The notes beneath the pieces were generated by a model. The model did no database searches. It was not told the origin of the DNA and saw only the letters and a list, made by a program, of their open reading frames with translations. Below are positions 41,231 to 51,586 of a stretch of 64,000 bases of DNA, in pieces (within the stretch, counting starts at the first letter, position 1; every line of letters begins with the position of its first letter). The DNA comes from an uncultured Chloroflexia bacterium (GTDB lineage Bacteria; Chloroflexota; Limnocylindria; QHBO01): NCBI GenBank assembly GCA_963814375.1, contig CAWFCQ010000005.1:258306-322305 (forward strand), written 5' to 3'. A program made the translations under genes and the position numbers.

Positions 41231-42530
41231 TCAGATCCGGCCGTTGCGGCGCGAGCTTGGCGACGTTGGCCGGCATCGCCAGCACCTCGCGGTACTGCTC
41301 GACGGTCAGCTCGGCGCAGCGCCGCCACGTCCAGCGATCGAGGACCCGCTGCCGTCCGTCGGCGCCGACCCGGGCGCGCAGCTCGGGATCGTCGAGGCCA
41401 CGGCCGATCGCCGCGGCGAGCGCCGTCGGCGTCCCCGGCCCGGCAGGCAGCACGGTGTCGCCGTCGCGGCCGGTGACCTCCGGCAGGGCACCACCGTCGG
41501 TGGCCACCAACGCGGTCCCGGTGCACCATCGCCTCGATCGCCGGCAGGCTGAACCCCTCGTAGAGGCTGGGCACCACGGCCAGCTCGGCCTCGGCGTACA
41601 GCTCGACGATTCGCTCGTCGGTGACGCCCGGACACGAACTCGACGTGGGGGCGGAGGCCGAGGGCGTCGATCAGGTCCATGCTGCGGCCGGCCTTCGGCT
41701 TGCCGATGATGGTCAGCGTGACGTCGCGCTCGGTGCGCAGCTTGGCCATCGCCTCGAGCAGGTACGAGAGCCCCTTCAGGGCCACGTCGGCCGATGCCGT
41801 CGTGATCAGCCGGCCGGGGACGCGGGCGACATCCGGCCGCGGGCGGAACAGGTCCGGATCGACGCCCACCGGCACGAGCCGCATCCGGTCGAGGGCGACG
41901 CCCATGTCGGTGTGGATGTCGTTGATCGAGTTCTCGCTGACGACGACGATGCGCGGCATCCGCGTGGCGACGCGGCCCTGCATCTTCACGAACGAGTACC
42001 ACCGCCCGACCGACCAGCCGCTTGCGCCGGGTCGGTGCGTGCTCCATCTCGAGCTCGCGGTCACGGGTGATCGGGTGGTGGAGGGTGACGATCGTCGGGA
42101 TCAGCTTCTCGAGCTGCGAGGATCCCGTAGCCGAGGCACTGGTTGTCGTGGACGAGGTCGAACTCGCCGGCCCACGGGCTTGAGCGCCCGCAGGGCGCGG
42201 TAGCTGAACGCCAGCGGCTCGGAGAACGTGCCGGTCGAGAACTGCGCGAGCTCGAGCAGGTCCTCGCGGGTCTTGATCTCCCAGTAGGCCGGGAAGCGAC
42301 CGGGGTAGTGGTCGTTGAAGATGTCGAGGCTGGGCAGCTTGGTGAGCGCGACCCGCTCGTCGAGCACCGGGTACGGCTGGCCGCTGAACACCTCGACGTG
42401 GTGGCCGAGGTCGACGAGCGCCTTGGTGAGGTGGCGGGTGTAGACGCCCTGGCCGCCGACGTGCGGCTTGCCGCGGTAGGTCAGGTAGGCGATGCGCAGC
42501 GGCGCGTCGGTTCCGGCGCCGGGCGGACAT
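41231..42530 (-). CDS. glycosyltransferase family 4 (indels)
   Basis: YRGKPHVGGQGVY, SGQPYP, TLHHPIT, VPSLYEGFSLPAIEAM. Confidence 0.88.
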
Positions 42531-42609
42531 TCCGGGCAGGCTATCCGGCACGGTTACCGCCAGGTAAGCGCGACGCACTGCGTCAGCGTGGTGCGAGCGA
42601 TGCGAGGCG

Positions 42610-43054
42610 ATGCGCGCGGTCGTGCAACGGGTGACCGCGGCGGCGGTCACCGTGGCACGGCGAAGAGGTCGGCCGGATCGGCCCCGGGCTGTGCGTGCTC
42701 GTCGGCGTGACCCACGACGACGACGAGGCCGTCGCCGCGGCCAAGCTCGCCGACAAGCTGTGGAACCTGCGGGTGTTCGACGACGACGCCGGAGTGATGA
42801 ACCGCTCCGCCGCCGACGTCGGCGGCGAGGTGCTCGTCGTCAGCCAGTTCACGCTCTACGGCGACACCAGCAAGGGTCGCCGCCCGAGCTGGATCGCGGC
42901 CGCCCGACCCGAGCACGCCGAGCCGCTCGTCGCAGGTCGGTGGTCGACGAGCTGCGCCGGCTCGGCGCGACGGTCGCCACCGGCCGGTTCCGCACCGAGA
43001 TGCAGGTCACGCTCGTCAACGACGGCCCGGTCACCGTGCTGCTCGAACGTGTGA
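42610..43054 (+). CDS. dtd: D-aminoacyl-tRNA deacylase (indels)
   Basis: [34 protein letters not shown]. Confidence 0.93.
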
Positions 43055-43069
43055 GCGCCGACCTTCGAC

Positions 43070-44535
43070 GGCGCCGACGCAGCGTCCAGCGACCCACGAA
43101 CGCGGCGAGGACCAGCGACGCAGGGCGACGATCAACGGCCGGTCGCCGAGGTCGACGTACCACGTCGCGACCGGTGCGCAGTCGACACGTCCGCGTAGAT
43201 CACCCGTTCGCTGACGGCGGTGCGGTCGAACACGTCGCCGTCCGGCGTCGACGAGCTCGCGAGAACCCGGTCGGCGACACCTGCACCACCCAGCGCCCGG
43301 TCTCGATCGCCCGCAGCCGGCTCGAGGCGACCTGCTGCGTCTGCACGATCGTGCCGGTGTAGCTGGCGCCGTTGGTCGGGTTGAGGATGACCTCGCCGCC
43401 GTGCTTCACGCCCTCGCGTGCCCGGCCGCCGAAGAACACCTCCCACGAGATGACGACCGCCAAGCGGGTGCCGTCGGGCAGGTCGACGACTGCCGGCCCG
43501 GTGCCGGCGATCGCGTTCGTCGGCACCTGATCGACCGGCGCGCCGATCGCTTCGAGCAGGCCGCGGAGCGGCACGTACTCGCCGAACGGCACGCGCCGCA
43601 CCTTGTCGTAGCGGCCTGACGCGCACCGTCAGGGCGTGACGACGACCTGGGCGTTGGTGATCCGACCCGGCTGGTCGGGCACGTCCTCGGTGACGCCGAC
43701 GGCGAACGGGACGCCGAGCCGCGCCGCCTCGGCGGCGACCAGGCGGAGCTGCTCGCTGGTCGCGAAGTCGACGGTGTCGACGACGTTCTCCGGCCACACC
43801 ACGAGGTCGAGCGAGTCGTCGGGCTCGATGGTGCCGTCGCGTCGAGGTGGCGCTCGGTCACGATTCGCGTCGGCACGTCGATGGCCCGTGTTCCCTGCTC
43901 GCCGCCGCCCTGCACGGCGGCGACGTCGAGCATCTCTCCGGTCCCGCGCCCCGCGGGGCGACGAACGCCAGCATCAGCACCGCGGCCGCGGCGACGAGGG
44001 CGCCGATGGCGAGGGGCTCCCCGCGGCGCTCGCCGCGCGCCGTGGCGGAGATCAGCGCGCCGAGCGCGAAGCCGACCTGGAACACGACCCACGTGATGAG
44101 GATCACGCCGCCGACGCGGGCGATGCCGGCGAGCGGACCGGCGGCCTGCGCGATGCCGAGGCTGGCGAGCGGCACGCCGCCGAACGGGAACGAGAAGCGC
44201 AGCGCCTCGACCAGGGTGTGGGCGGCCGGCCGGCCGATGATCCGCCAGCGCCCGGTCGGAGCGACGAGCTCGGCGACGCCGTGCCAGCTGGCGAAGAGCA
44301 GGCTCGCGACGATGTAGCCGGGCACCGTGAGCTGCCACATCCACGCCATGCCCATGGCCATCCAGACGAGTCCGAAGGCCATGCCGCTGACGAACCGGTC
44401 CCGCGCCGACGGCCGGGGACCGACGGCGATCTCGAGCAGCGCCGGGCCGGCGAAGGCCAGCGGCCACCATCCCCACGGGGGCAGGGAGAACGCGACGAGG
44501 AACCCGCCGAGGGCCGCGAGACCGATTCTCTTCAG
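43070..44535 (-). CDS. lnt: apolipoprotein N-acyltransferase (indels; ends approximate)
   Basis: SLPPWGWWPLA, PFGGVP, VQGG, WPEN, K.RRVPFGEY, ISWE, PTNG, RAIETGR. Confidence 0.88.
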
Positions 44536-45155
44536 GCCAGCTCGAGGTGGACGACGATGCGCTGGGCGACCGATCCCGGCGGATGGCAGGCGAACAGGGT
44601 GGCGGTCTTGGCGTGCGTCTGGTCGACGATCCAGATCGCGACCGGGCTGACGATCTCGGTGGACTCGACGAGGTACACGTGGCGGCCGGCAGCCGTCGTG
44701 AAGACGACCTCGTCGCCGACCGTCAGCTGGTCGAGGTCGCGGAAGTCCTGGTTGCCGCTCACCCGGTGGCCGGCGACGACCACGTTGCCGAGCTCGCCGG
44801 GGAGGGCCGAGCCGGGCCAGTGGCCCGGTCCGCGATCGAAGGTGCTGAGGCGGATGCCTTCGTACATCGTGCGGCTGAGGCCGAGACGGGGGATGTCGAT
44901 CTGGCCGAGCACGACGAGCGGGTCGGAGGAGCCGTCCTCGACCGGTGGTGCGATGGGCACAGGAAGCGGCGGGCGCGTGGTCGTCGGCGCCAGGGTCGTC
45001 GGGGTCGTGGTCGGGAGCGTGGTGGTGGTGGTGCTGGTGGTGGTTGGCGTGGTCGCCGGCGCCGTGGTTACGGGGGTGAACCGCCCAACCGCATCGTCTT
45101 CGCCGCCGCACGCGGCGAAGACGCACAAGGCGAGCGCGGTGGCGAGCCTTCGCAT
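44532..45155 (-). CDS. sortase (class E-like) with lipoprotein signal and Thr-rich linker
   Basis: GPGHWPGS.LPG..GN.VVAGHR, TLFAC.P...R catalytic motifs; FAAC lipobox. Confidence 0.88.
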   Translation of the reverse strand: MRRLATALALCVFAACGGEDDAVGRFTPVTTAPATTPTTTSTTTTTLPTTTPTTLAPTTTRPPLPVPIAPPVEDGSSDPLVVLGQIDIPRLGLSRTMYEGIRLSTFDRGPGHWPGSALPGELGNVVVAGHRVSGNQDFRDLDQLTVGDEVVFTTAAGRHVYLVESTEIVSPVAIWIVDQTHAKTATLFACHPPGSVAQRIVVHLELA

Positions 45156-45179
45156 GGCCCTGAATTCTGCCAGCGATGT

Positions 45180-45202
45180 GGGGTTTCGTTTCGGGAAACC
45201 CC
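45180..45202. promoter_or_regulatory. perfect 8-bp inverted repeat between divergent genes (operator-like)
   Basis: GGGGTTTC-N7-GAAACCCC. Confidence 0.4.
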
Positions 45203-45266
45203 GCTATCCGATGAAGGACGCGATCGGTATCTTCGCCCGCCGGTAACGCTTGAAACGGAGCAACAA

Positions 45267-45641
45267 ATGACCGTGACGAACACTCCGACGCTGTTCGAGC
45301 GCCTCGGGGGCAGCGCGAGCATCGACGTCGCCGTCGACCAGTTCTACGAACGGCTGCTCGACGACACGGAGCTGGCGTCGTTCTTCGAGGGCGTCCCGAT
45401 GGGCCGCCAGCGCGCCCACCAAAAGGCGTTCCTGACGATGGCGCTCGGTGGCCCGGCCGCCTACGAGGGTCGCGGCCTCCACGAGGCCCACGCCGCCCTC
45501 ACGATCGACGACCACCACTTCGATCGCGTGGCTGAGCATCTGGCCGGCGTGCTGCTCGACCTCGGCGTCGCTCCCGAGCTCGTCGACGAGGTGATCGCCG
45601 CCGTCGATGGGCTGCGGCCGACCGTGCTCGACCACGGCTGA
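45267..45641 (+). CDS. group I truncated hemoglobin (GlbN-like)
   Basis: LFERLGG, FYERL, LGGP..YEG..L.EAH, HFD.V..HL. Confidence 0.92.
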   Translation: MTVTNTPTLFERLGGSASIDVAVDQFYERLLDDTELASFFEGVPMGRQRAHQKAFLTMALGGPAAYEGRGLHEAHAALTIDDHHFDRVAEHLAGVLLDLGVAPELVDEVIAAVDGLRPTVLDHG

Positions 45642-45663
45642 CGCGGCAAGGTGCGCCGGCCAT

Positions 45664-46355
45664 TCAGTCCGGTGCGTCGCGCTGGGTCATCATCTCGGCG
45701 ATTCGCTGGAAGTCGACCCGGATGAACAACGCGTCGGCCTCGGCGGTGACGGTCGAGCCGTCGTAGCAACGTCCGGTCGTGAAGATCTTGCGTCCCTGGA
45801 CTCGCTCGAGCGTGCCGACGAAGCGGAGATCGCGGTGCAGGGGTGTCGGGCGCCGGTAGCGCACGGCCAGCGTGCCCGTCATGCCGGGCTGGCCGCTCAG
45901 GGACTGCGTCATCCCGAGCACCTCGTCGAAGGTGGCGGCGACGATGCCCCCATGAACGGAGCCTGGTGGGCCCTCGTAGGCCGCGCCGAAGCGGGCGTGG
46001 ATGACGACCTCTCCGTCCCCGGCCGGCTCGACCCGCACGAGCGGGGCGATCGGATTCGCCGTCCCGATGATCGGGCTGTGGTCGAAGTGGGCGTGGGGAT
46101 CGCCGCCGGCGTTCGCTGATTCGGCGAAGCCCTCGTAGCGCCGCACCTTGCCAGGCCCGTCGAGCTCGGACGCGGCGGCCTCCAACAACCGGGCCGCCCG
46201 CTCGATCTCTTCGTGGGAGGGCTCAGTCGCCGCCATGCGCTCGATCACCAGGCGGCCGGCGTCGGCGAGCCGGCGCAGCGCGACACGGCGGGGGACGCGT
46301 CCTCAGTCGTGGCCCACCACTGCGTCGTCGACAGCCTCGGTTCCTCCTCCGACAT
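45664..46355 (-). CDS. PaaI-family hotdog thioesterase (indel ~46290)
   Basis: SPIIGTANPIAP, YEGPPGSVHGG, FDEVLG. Confidence 0.85.
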
Positions 46356-46464
46356 TCAGCGGACCGTAGCGGGGCCGCCTGGTCGCCATCTGCTCGAGGA
46401 GGTTGCGACACGGTGGGCTGGCGGGGATGATGGCAGGCGGGGGAACTGCGGAGCGGAGGTCATC

Positions 46465-47061
46465 ATGTTCGTACAGGTCTTCGAGGGCCGGGTCGGCGAT
46501 CCCGGCGGACTGCGCGGTCAGCTCGAGCGATGGGCAACCGAGCTGCGACCGGGAGCGAAGGGATTTCTCGGGTCGACCGCTGGGGTCACCGACGGAGGTG
46601 ACGCCATCGTGCTGGCCCGGTTCGAGACGGCGTCGGACGCCGCCGCCAACAGCCAGCGCAGCGAGCAGGGCGAGTGGTGGGCCGAAACAGAGAAGTGCTT
46701 CGACGGCGAGGTCCGGTTCACCGAGTCCGATGATGTCGACAGCTTTCTCGCCGGGGGCTCGGACGATGCCCGCTTCGTCCAGGTGATGAAGGGCCACGAC
46801 ATGGACCGTGATCGGGTTCACGCGCTCGACCAGCAGTTCGAGGAGCACGCCGCCTCGTTCCGTCCTGACCTGCTGGGCGGCATTCGCATGTGGACCGGGC
46901 CCGACAGCTACATCGAGGTGGCGTACTTCATCGATGAGGCCGAGGCGCGACTGGGTGAATCCAAGGCGCCGCCCGCCGAGCTCGCCGCGCAGATGGACGA
47001 GTTCGAAGCGCTGATGGCCAACGTCGAGTTCATCGACATCCGCGATCCCTGGCTGATCTGA
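46465..47061 (+). CDS. hypothetical protein with internal duplication (dimeric alpha/beta-barrel-like)
   Basis: Two halves starting FVQVFEG and FVQVMKG; GGAGG RBS. Confidence 0.7.
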   Translation: MFVQVFEGRVGDPGGLRGQLERWATELRPGAKGFLGSTAGVTDGGDAIVLARFETASDAAANSQRSEQGEWWAETEKCFDGEVRFTESDDVDSFLAGGSDDARFVQVMKGHDMDRDRVHALDQQFEEHAASFRPDLLGGIRMWTGPDSYIEVAYFIDEAEARLGESKAPPAELAAQMDEFEALMANVEFIDIRDPWLI

Positions 47062-47148
47062 TCGTCGCCACGGCCGAGGGTTCGATACCGCTCAACCGGG
47101 GCACTGGCTGATCCGTAGGGTCATCGTTACCAGCAAGGAGGTGAGCAG

Positions 47149-47376
47149 ATGGGGAGCGAGCACACCGTCGCCGACGACATCGTCTATGACCTCATCAGCA
47201 TCCAGTACCACGCCCTGAAGGCCGCCGAGGCCTACGACAAGTTCCTGGGGGACGCGCATTCGAGCGAGCATCAGGACGTCGCCGAGTTCATCCGACAATG
47301 CAAGGACGAGGATCAGCAGCGGGCGATCCGTTGCCACGAGTTCCTGGTTCAGTTGACTCGATCGGGCATCGGCTGA
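47149..47376 (+). CDS. small ferritin-like helical-hairpin protein
   Basis: YDLISIQYHALK...Y..F..DA...VAEF...EDQQRA; strong AAGGAGG RBS. Confidence 0.7.
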   Translation: MGSEHTVADDIVYDLISIQYHALKAAEAYDKFLGDAHSSEHQDVAEFIRQCKDEDQQRAIRCHEFLVQLTRSGIG

Positions 47377-47470
47377 GCCGTCAGCGACCCGCGCGTGCTG
47401 ATGGCGCGGACTCGATCATGTCCGTGGAGAGGGAAGATCCGGAGAAGGCCTGCTTCCTACCTTCGGCGGC

Positions 47471-48034
47471 ATGAAGACTCCTCTCCCTCTCAAGCGTCTG
47501 CTGATCGCGGGCGTCGCTGCCGCAGCCGCGGTCGGATCCATGTCCGGGAACATCCAGGCCAGACCGTACGATCCTGCCGTACCCACCGCGATCACGGTCC
47601 CCGCCGGCAACAAGGTGTTCCTCGTCGGCCACGCGATCGGCGTGCAGATCTACTTGTGCAACCCCACTACGAGCGGCTTCGCGTGGGGCCTGGTTGAGCC
47701 GTACGCCAGGTTGTACGGCAAGCACGGCAAGCTCGTCGCCACTCACTACGGCGGCCCGACGTGGCACGCCACGGACGGCAGCACCGTCGTGGCGGGGCGG
47801 GTGGACGGCGTGACGGTTGATGCGACGGCGATCCCGTGGCTGCTGCTCTCGACGGTGTCGACCACGGACGGCGACTACGGCGACCGGTTGACGCAGACCA
47901 CGTTCATCCAGCGCACGAGGACCACCGGCGGCCTCCCCCCAGCGGCTGCGGACTGCAACGCCACCACGGCGGGCAGCCGCGCGGAAGTCCCGTACACCGC
48001 GGACTACCACTTCTGGACGGCCACCGGCCGCTGA
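47471..48034 (+). CDS. secreted DUF3455-family protein
   Basis: GVQIYLC, HYGGPTW..TDGS, AIPWLLL, IQR..T.GG.PP, VPYTADY.F. Confidence 0.85.
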   Translation: MKTPLPLKRLLIAGVAAAAAVGSMSGNIQARPYDPAVPTAITVPAGNKVFLVGHAIGVQIYLCNPTTSGFAWGLVEPYARLYGKHGKLVATHYGGPTWHATDGSTVVAGRVDGVTVDATAIPWLLLSTVSTTDGDYGDRLTQTTFIQRTRTTGGLPPAAADCNATTAGSRAEVPYTADYHFWTATGR

Positions 48035-48129
48035 GCGGGACCCGCAGCCCGCTCTCACTGCTCGCCGGTTGACATGCTCGCCGAGTGCCGATCGCCTCAG
48101 CGGGTAATGCTGACCGGTAGACCGAGCGA

Positions 48130-49002
48130 ATGAGGAGCGCCGCTGTGTCAACGAAGGTCCCCAACGTCACGCTGAACAACGGAGTCGAGATGCCGATCCT
48201 CGGGTTCGGCGTCTACCAGATCCCGCCGGAGGAAACCGAGCAAACGGTGGCCACCGCGCTCGAGGTCGGCTACCGCCTGATCGACACCGCCGCCTCGTAC
48301 GGGAACGAGGAGGCCGTAGGCAGAGCGGTGACGAGCAGCGGTCTGCCTCGCGACGAGGTGTTCATCACGACCAAGCTGTGGATCCAGAACCCCGGCGAGG
48401 CCAACGCCACGGCTGCATTCGAGCGATCACTCGAGCGTCTCGGCCTCGATCACGTCGACCTGTACCTGATCCACCAGCCGCTCGGCGACTACTACAGCTT
48501 CTGGCGCGCGATGGAGCAGTGCCACGCCGAGGGCCTCGCGAGAGCGATCGGTGTGGCCAACTTCTACCCCGACCGCCTCGTCGACCTGATCGAGCACAAC
48601 GACGTGACGCCGGCGGTCGACCAGATCGAGACCAACCCGTTCTTCCAACGCCACACCGACCACGAGCTGATGCGCTCCCACGGTGTGCAGCTCGAAGCCT
48701 GGGGCGGGTTCGCCGAAGGCCGCAACAACCTGTTCGGCGACCCGACGCTCACGACGATCGGTGACACTCACGGGAAGTCGGTGGCTCAGGTCGTCCTGCG
48801 GTGGCTCATCCAGCGCGACATCGTCACGATCCCCAAGTCGGTGCGCCGCGAACGCATGGAGCAGAACCTCGACGTGTTCGACTTCACCCTGAACGACGAC
48901 GAGATGGCACGTATCGCCGCCATGGACACCGGAGCCTCGCTGTTCTTCGACCATCGCGACCCGGAAATGGTCAGCTCGCTGAACAGCCGCCGAGAGACCT
49001 GA
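48130..49002 (+). CDS. aldo/keto reductase (DkgA-like)
   Basis: [32 protein letters not shown]. Confidence 0.93.
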   Translation: MRSAAVSTKVPNVTLNNGVEMPILGFGVYQIPPEETEQTVATALEVGYRLIDTAASYGNEEAVGRAVTSSGLPRDEVFITTKLWIQNPGEANATAAFERSLERLGLDHVDLYLIHQPLGDYYSFWRAMEQCHAEGLARAIGVANFYPDRLVDLIEHNDVTPAVDQIETNPFFQRHTDHELMRSHGVQLEAWGGFAEGRNNLFGDPTLTTIGDTHGKSVAQVVLRWLIQRDIVTIPKSVRRERMEQNLDVFDFTLNDDEMARIAAMDTGASLFFDHRDPEMVSSLNSRRET

Positions 49003-49087
49003 CTCCCTCCCGGCCGGTCGGGCCCACCCTCTCAGTCCGGCTTCCGGGCGCAGTTGTTCTCAACAGGTGAGAAGGAATGCGCCCGGA

Positions 49088-49813
49088 TCAGCCCTTGAGC
49101 TCGCGGTCGAACATGACCTTCGCCCGCTCGTAGGACCGCGTTGCCGCGGCTTCGTGGTGGCTGGGGCCGTACACGCCGAAGCCGTGGTCGGCGCCGTCGT
49201 GGATCTCGGCCTCGCCCTTGGCCAAGGCGTTGGTCGCCTCGATGAGCGGCGTGTTGGCCGATGCGGGCTGCATGGTGTCGGCCGAGCCGAACCCGACGTA
49301 CAACGACCCGGTGTAGGACGGCACGGCGAGATGAGGCGAGTCACTGTCGTCGGTGGTGCAGAACGAGGGGTGCAGGCCGACGCCGACCCGAAATTGCTCG
49401 CCACGGTCGCGGATCGTGCACAGGACCGATCGCGCACCGATGCAGTAGCCGATACAGCCCATCGCACCGCTCTGGGCGGCGGGGTCGGACGGCAGCCAGG
49501 CAAGCAGGGCGGTGAGATCCTCGGCGACTTGGTCCTCGGTCGTGCCCAGCACCAAGCCGAACATCTTCTTGATCTCGTCGTCGTTGCGGCTGCGCATCGC
49601 GTACCACGGCTCGGCTCGGTGGTAGCGGTCGTGCGTCACCACGTAGTAGCCCCACTCCGCGATGCGGGCCATCGTCTGCTTCGATCCCTCGTCGAGCCCG
49701 GGGCCGTGATGGAAGAAGACGATGACCGGGAATGGGCCGTCGCCGTCGGGCCGAACGACATGGACGCCCATCGGACCGCTCGGGGTGGTGATCTCTTCGG
49801 TGCGGGTCTGCAT
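49088..49813 (-). CDS. dienelactone hydrolase family protein
   Basis: GYCIG nucleophile motif, HP, D, ADHGF. Confidence 0.9.
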   Translation of the reverse strand: MQTRTEEITTPSGPMGVHVVRPDGDGPFPVIVFFHHGPGLDEGSKQTMARIAEWGYYVVTHDRYHRAEPWYAMRSRNDDEIKKMFGLVLGTTEDQVAEDLTALLAWLPSDPAAQSGAMGCIGYCIGARSVLCTIRDRGEQFRVGVGLHPSFCTTDDSDSPHLAVPSYTGSLYVGFGSADTMQPASANTPLIEATNALAKGEAEIHDGADHGFGVYGPSHHEAAATRSYERAKVMFDRELKG

Positions 49814-49925
49814 CCCAGAACTCTGGTGCGTGGCGGACGTGTCCGCAAAGGTCGGGCACTCGTGTGACCAACTTGCCGCGTCCCCGAGCGTGTGACGCGA
49901 CCGCACCGCGCCACTCCGCCCGCCG

Positions 49926-50450
49926 TCAGAACCGGAAGCGAGTGAGGCCGCCCGGGTCTGTGCCCAACACGACCGTCGCCGAGCGGGGCTCGATGCGAAA
50001 CACGTGCCACGGCGGCGGACCTTGAGACGGTGCGTTGAACGGCGCGGTGATGCCGGAACCGCTCTCATCGGGCTCCACGGGCCAACCGTTGTCCGCCCAC
50101 GCCTTCGCAATGCGCGCCACGATGCCCGGGTCCGTCACCCGGGCGGCGTCACCCTCGACGACGACGTCCGCGTCGAGGATCGAGACGGCGATCGAGCAGC
50201 GCGGATCGCGCGTGACGTTGTGGCGCTTCCTGGTTCCCGAGCCGGTTTGGAACCAGAACGCGCCATCGAGCCAGACGGCGCCGACCGCAGTCACATGCGG
50301 GCTGCCGTCCTCGTTCACCGTTGCGAGCCAGGTCGTACGAGCGTTGTGGGCGTCCGGAGCCGGCGCCGATCCCGCATCCAGCTTCTCGGTGACTGCGTCC
50401 CAGTCCACTGGCGGGAGCCCGTCCCCTGCACCCAGGTTGATGATCTCCAT
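49926..50450 (-). CDS. pyridoxamine 5'-phosphate oxidase-like (split-barrel flavin/F420) protein
   Basis: WLATVNEDGSPH, RK..N..RDPR, VEG.A. Confidence 0.85.
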   Translation of the reverse strand: MEIINLGAGDGLPPVDWDAVTEKLDAGSAPAPDAHNARTTWLATVNEDGSPHVTAVGAVWLDGAFWFQTGSGTRKRHNVTRDPRCSIAVSILDADVVVEGDAARVTDPGIVARIAKAWADNGWPVEPDESGSGITAPFNAPSQGPPPWHVFRIEPRSATVVLGTDPGGLTRFRF

Positions 50451-50543
50451 AGCTCTTTCCTTTCGTCGCTGAGCGACACGTGCGCAACCGCGTGTCGTAG
50501 ATCAGACGTGCCGAAATCAGCGAAGTCATCGGGCGCGTGCCGC

Positions 50544-51530
50544 TCAGGGGTAGCCGGCGACGACGGCGTAGAGGTACTCGCCGAAGTCCTCGGCGAGGCC
50601 GTTGACGGCGAACTCGGAGCCCCATGACCAGACCTTGAGGCGGATCTGGTCGTCGTCTGAGGGGTCGGGCGGGTTCAGGTCGCCGAGGTAGACGACCCAG
50701 TGGTCGGGGGGCCACGCATCGTCTTTGCTGTGGATCGTCGACTCGAGCACCCCGACGGGCATTCGCACGGTGTGCCTGGCCCGTCGCCAAAACATGTCGC
50801 TCTCATCGTCGTCTCCGCCGTCCTTGATGAGGTTTGCATCGACGAGCATGAAGCAGACCCCACCAGCCTCGACGGCGTGCCGTGCGACTTGGAGCGCTTC
50901 GAGCTCGTCGGTGTGATAGCACTCGAACAGTTCCGACCGAAGTCCGAGGATGTCGCGGACCCAGCGCTCCATGGACCCGGGCAGGCTCATCCCTTCGATT
51001 CCTCGGCCGTCGTCGAGGTCCTCGAAGACGTTCTCCTCCTCGCGGATCGTCGCTGCGATCATCCAGTCCACCTGCCCGACACCCGCAGGTGACGGTTTGG
51101 CGCGAAGCTCGTCGTCCGCATCGATCGAACTCCCGTCGAACACCGGCAACCCGCCGGTCTCGTACAGGCGTGCTACAGCCGACACGTACGACGACGGTGA
51201 GCGGCGGATCATCTCGAACATCAGCGAGAACGGTCCGCAGAGATGAGTTGGGTTCTGAGTCAGGATGGCCGGATCGCGCAAGCGGTCCTGGATCTCGCCG
51301 ACGACGATCTCCCGACGCAGCTGCGACCATGCGCTCTCGGTTCCCGCGGCGAACCGACGCAGCTCAGCTCCCGCCGACGCGAAGCGTCGGGCGAGTTCAA
51401 CTCCGACACTGCCACCCGGTCCCGTGGCAAACGGCGGCCACACGCCGAGCCCGAGCGATCCCCGCACACCCCACCGGCCCGAGCCGTCTCGTCCGAGCGC
51501 GAACGCCGCATCCCTGAGCGAACCTGGCAT
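50544..51530 (-). CDS. hypothetical protein, putative papain-like Cys-His hydrolase
   Basis: Q.....CGP, HWV and WSWG motifs in papain-like order; GGAGGTG RBS. Function is inferred. Confidence 0.6.
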   Translation of the reverse strand: MPGSLRDAAFALGRDGSGRWGVRGSLGLGVWPPFATGPGGSVGVELARRFASAGAELRRFAAGTESAWSQLRREIVVGEIQDRLRDPAILTQNPTHLCGPFSLMFEMIRRSPSSYVSAVARLYETGGLPVFDGSSIDADDELRAKPSPAGVGQVDWMIAATIREEENVFEDLDDGRGIEGMSLPGSMERWVRDILGLRSELFECYHTDELEALQVARHAVEAGGVCFMLVDANLIKDGGDDDESDMFWRRARHTVRMPVGVLESTIHSKDDAWPPDHWVVYLGDLNPPDPSDDDQIRLKVWSWGSEFAVNGLAEDFGEYLYAVVAGYP

Positions 51531-51586
51531 TGTCACCTCCTGTTGCTCGCCATGCGTCAGCCGTCGGTCGACATGACGCAGCCGGC

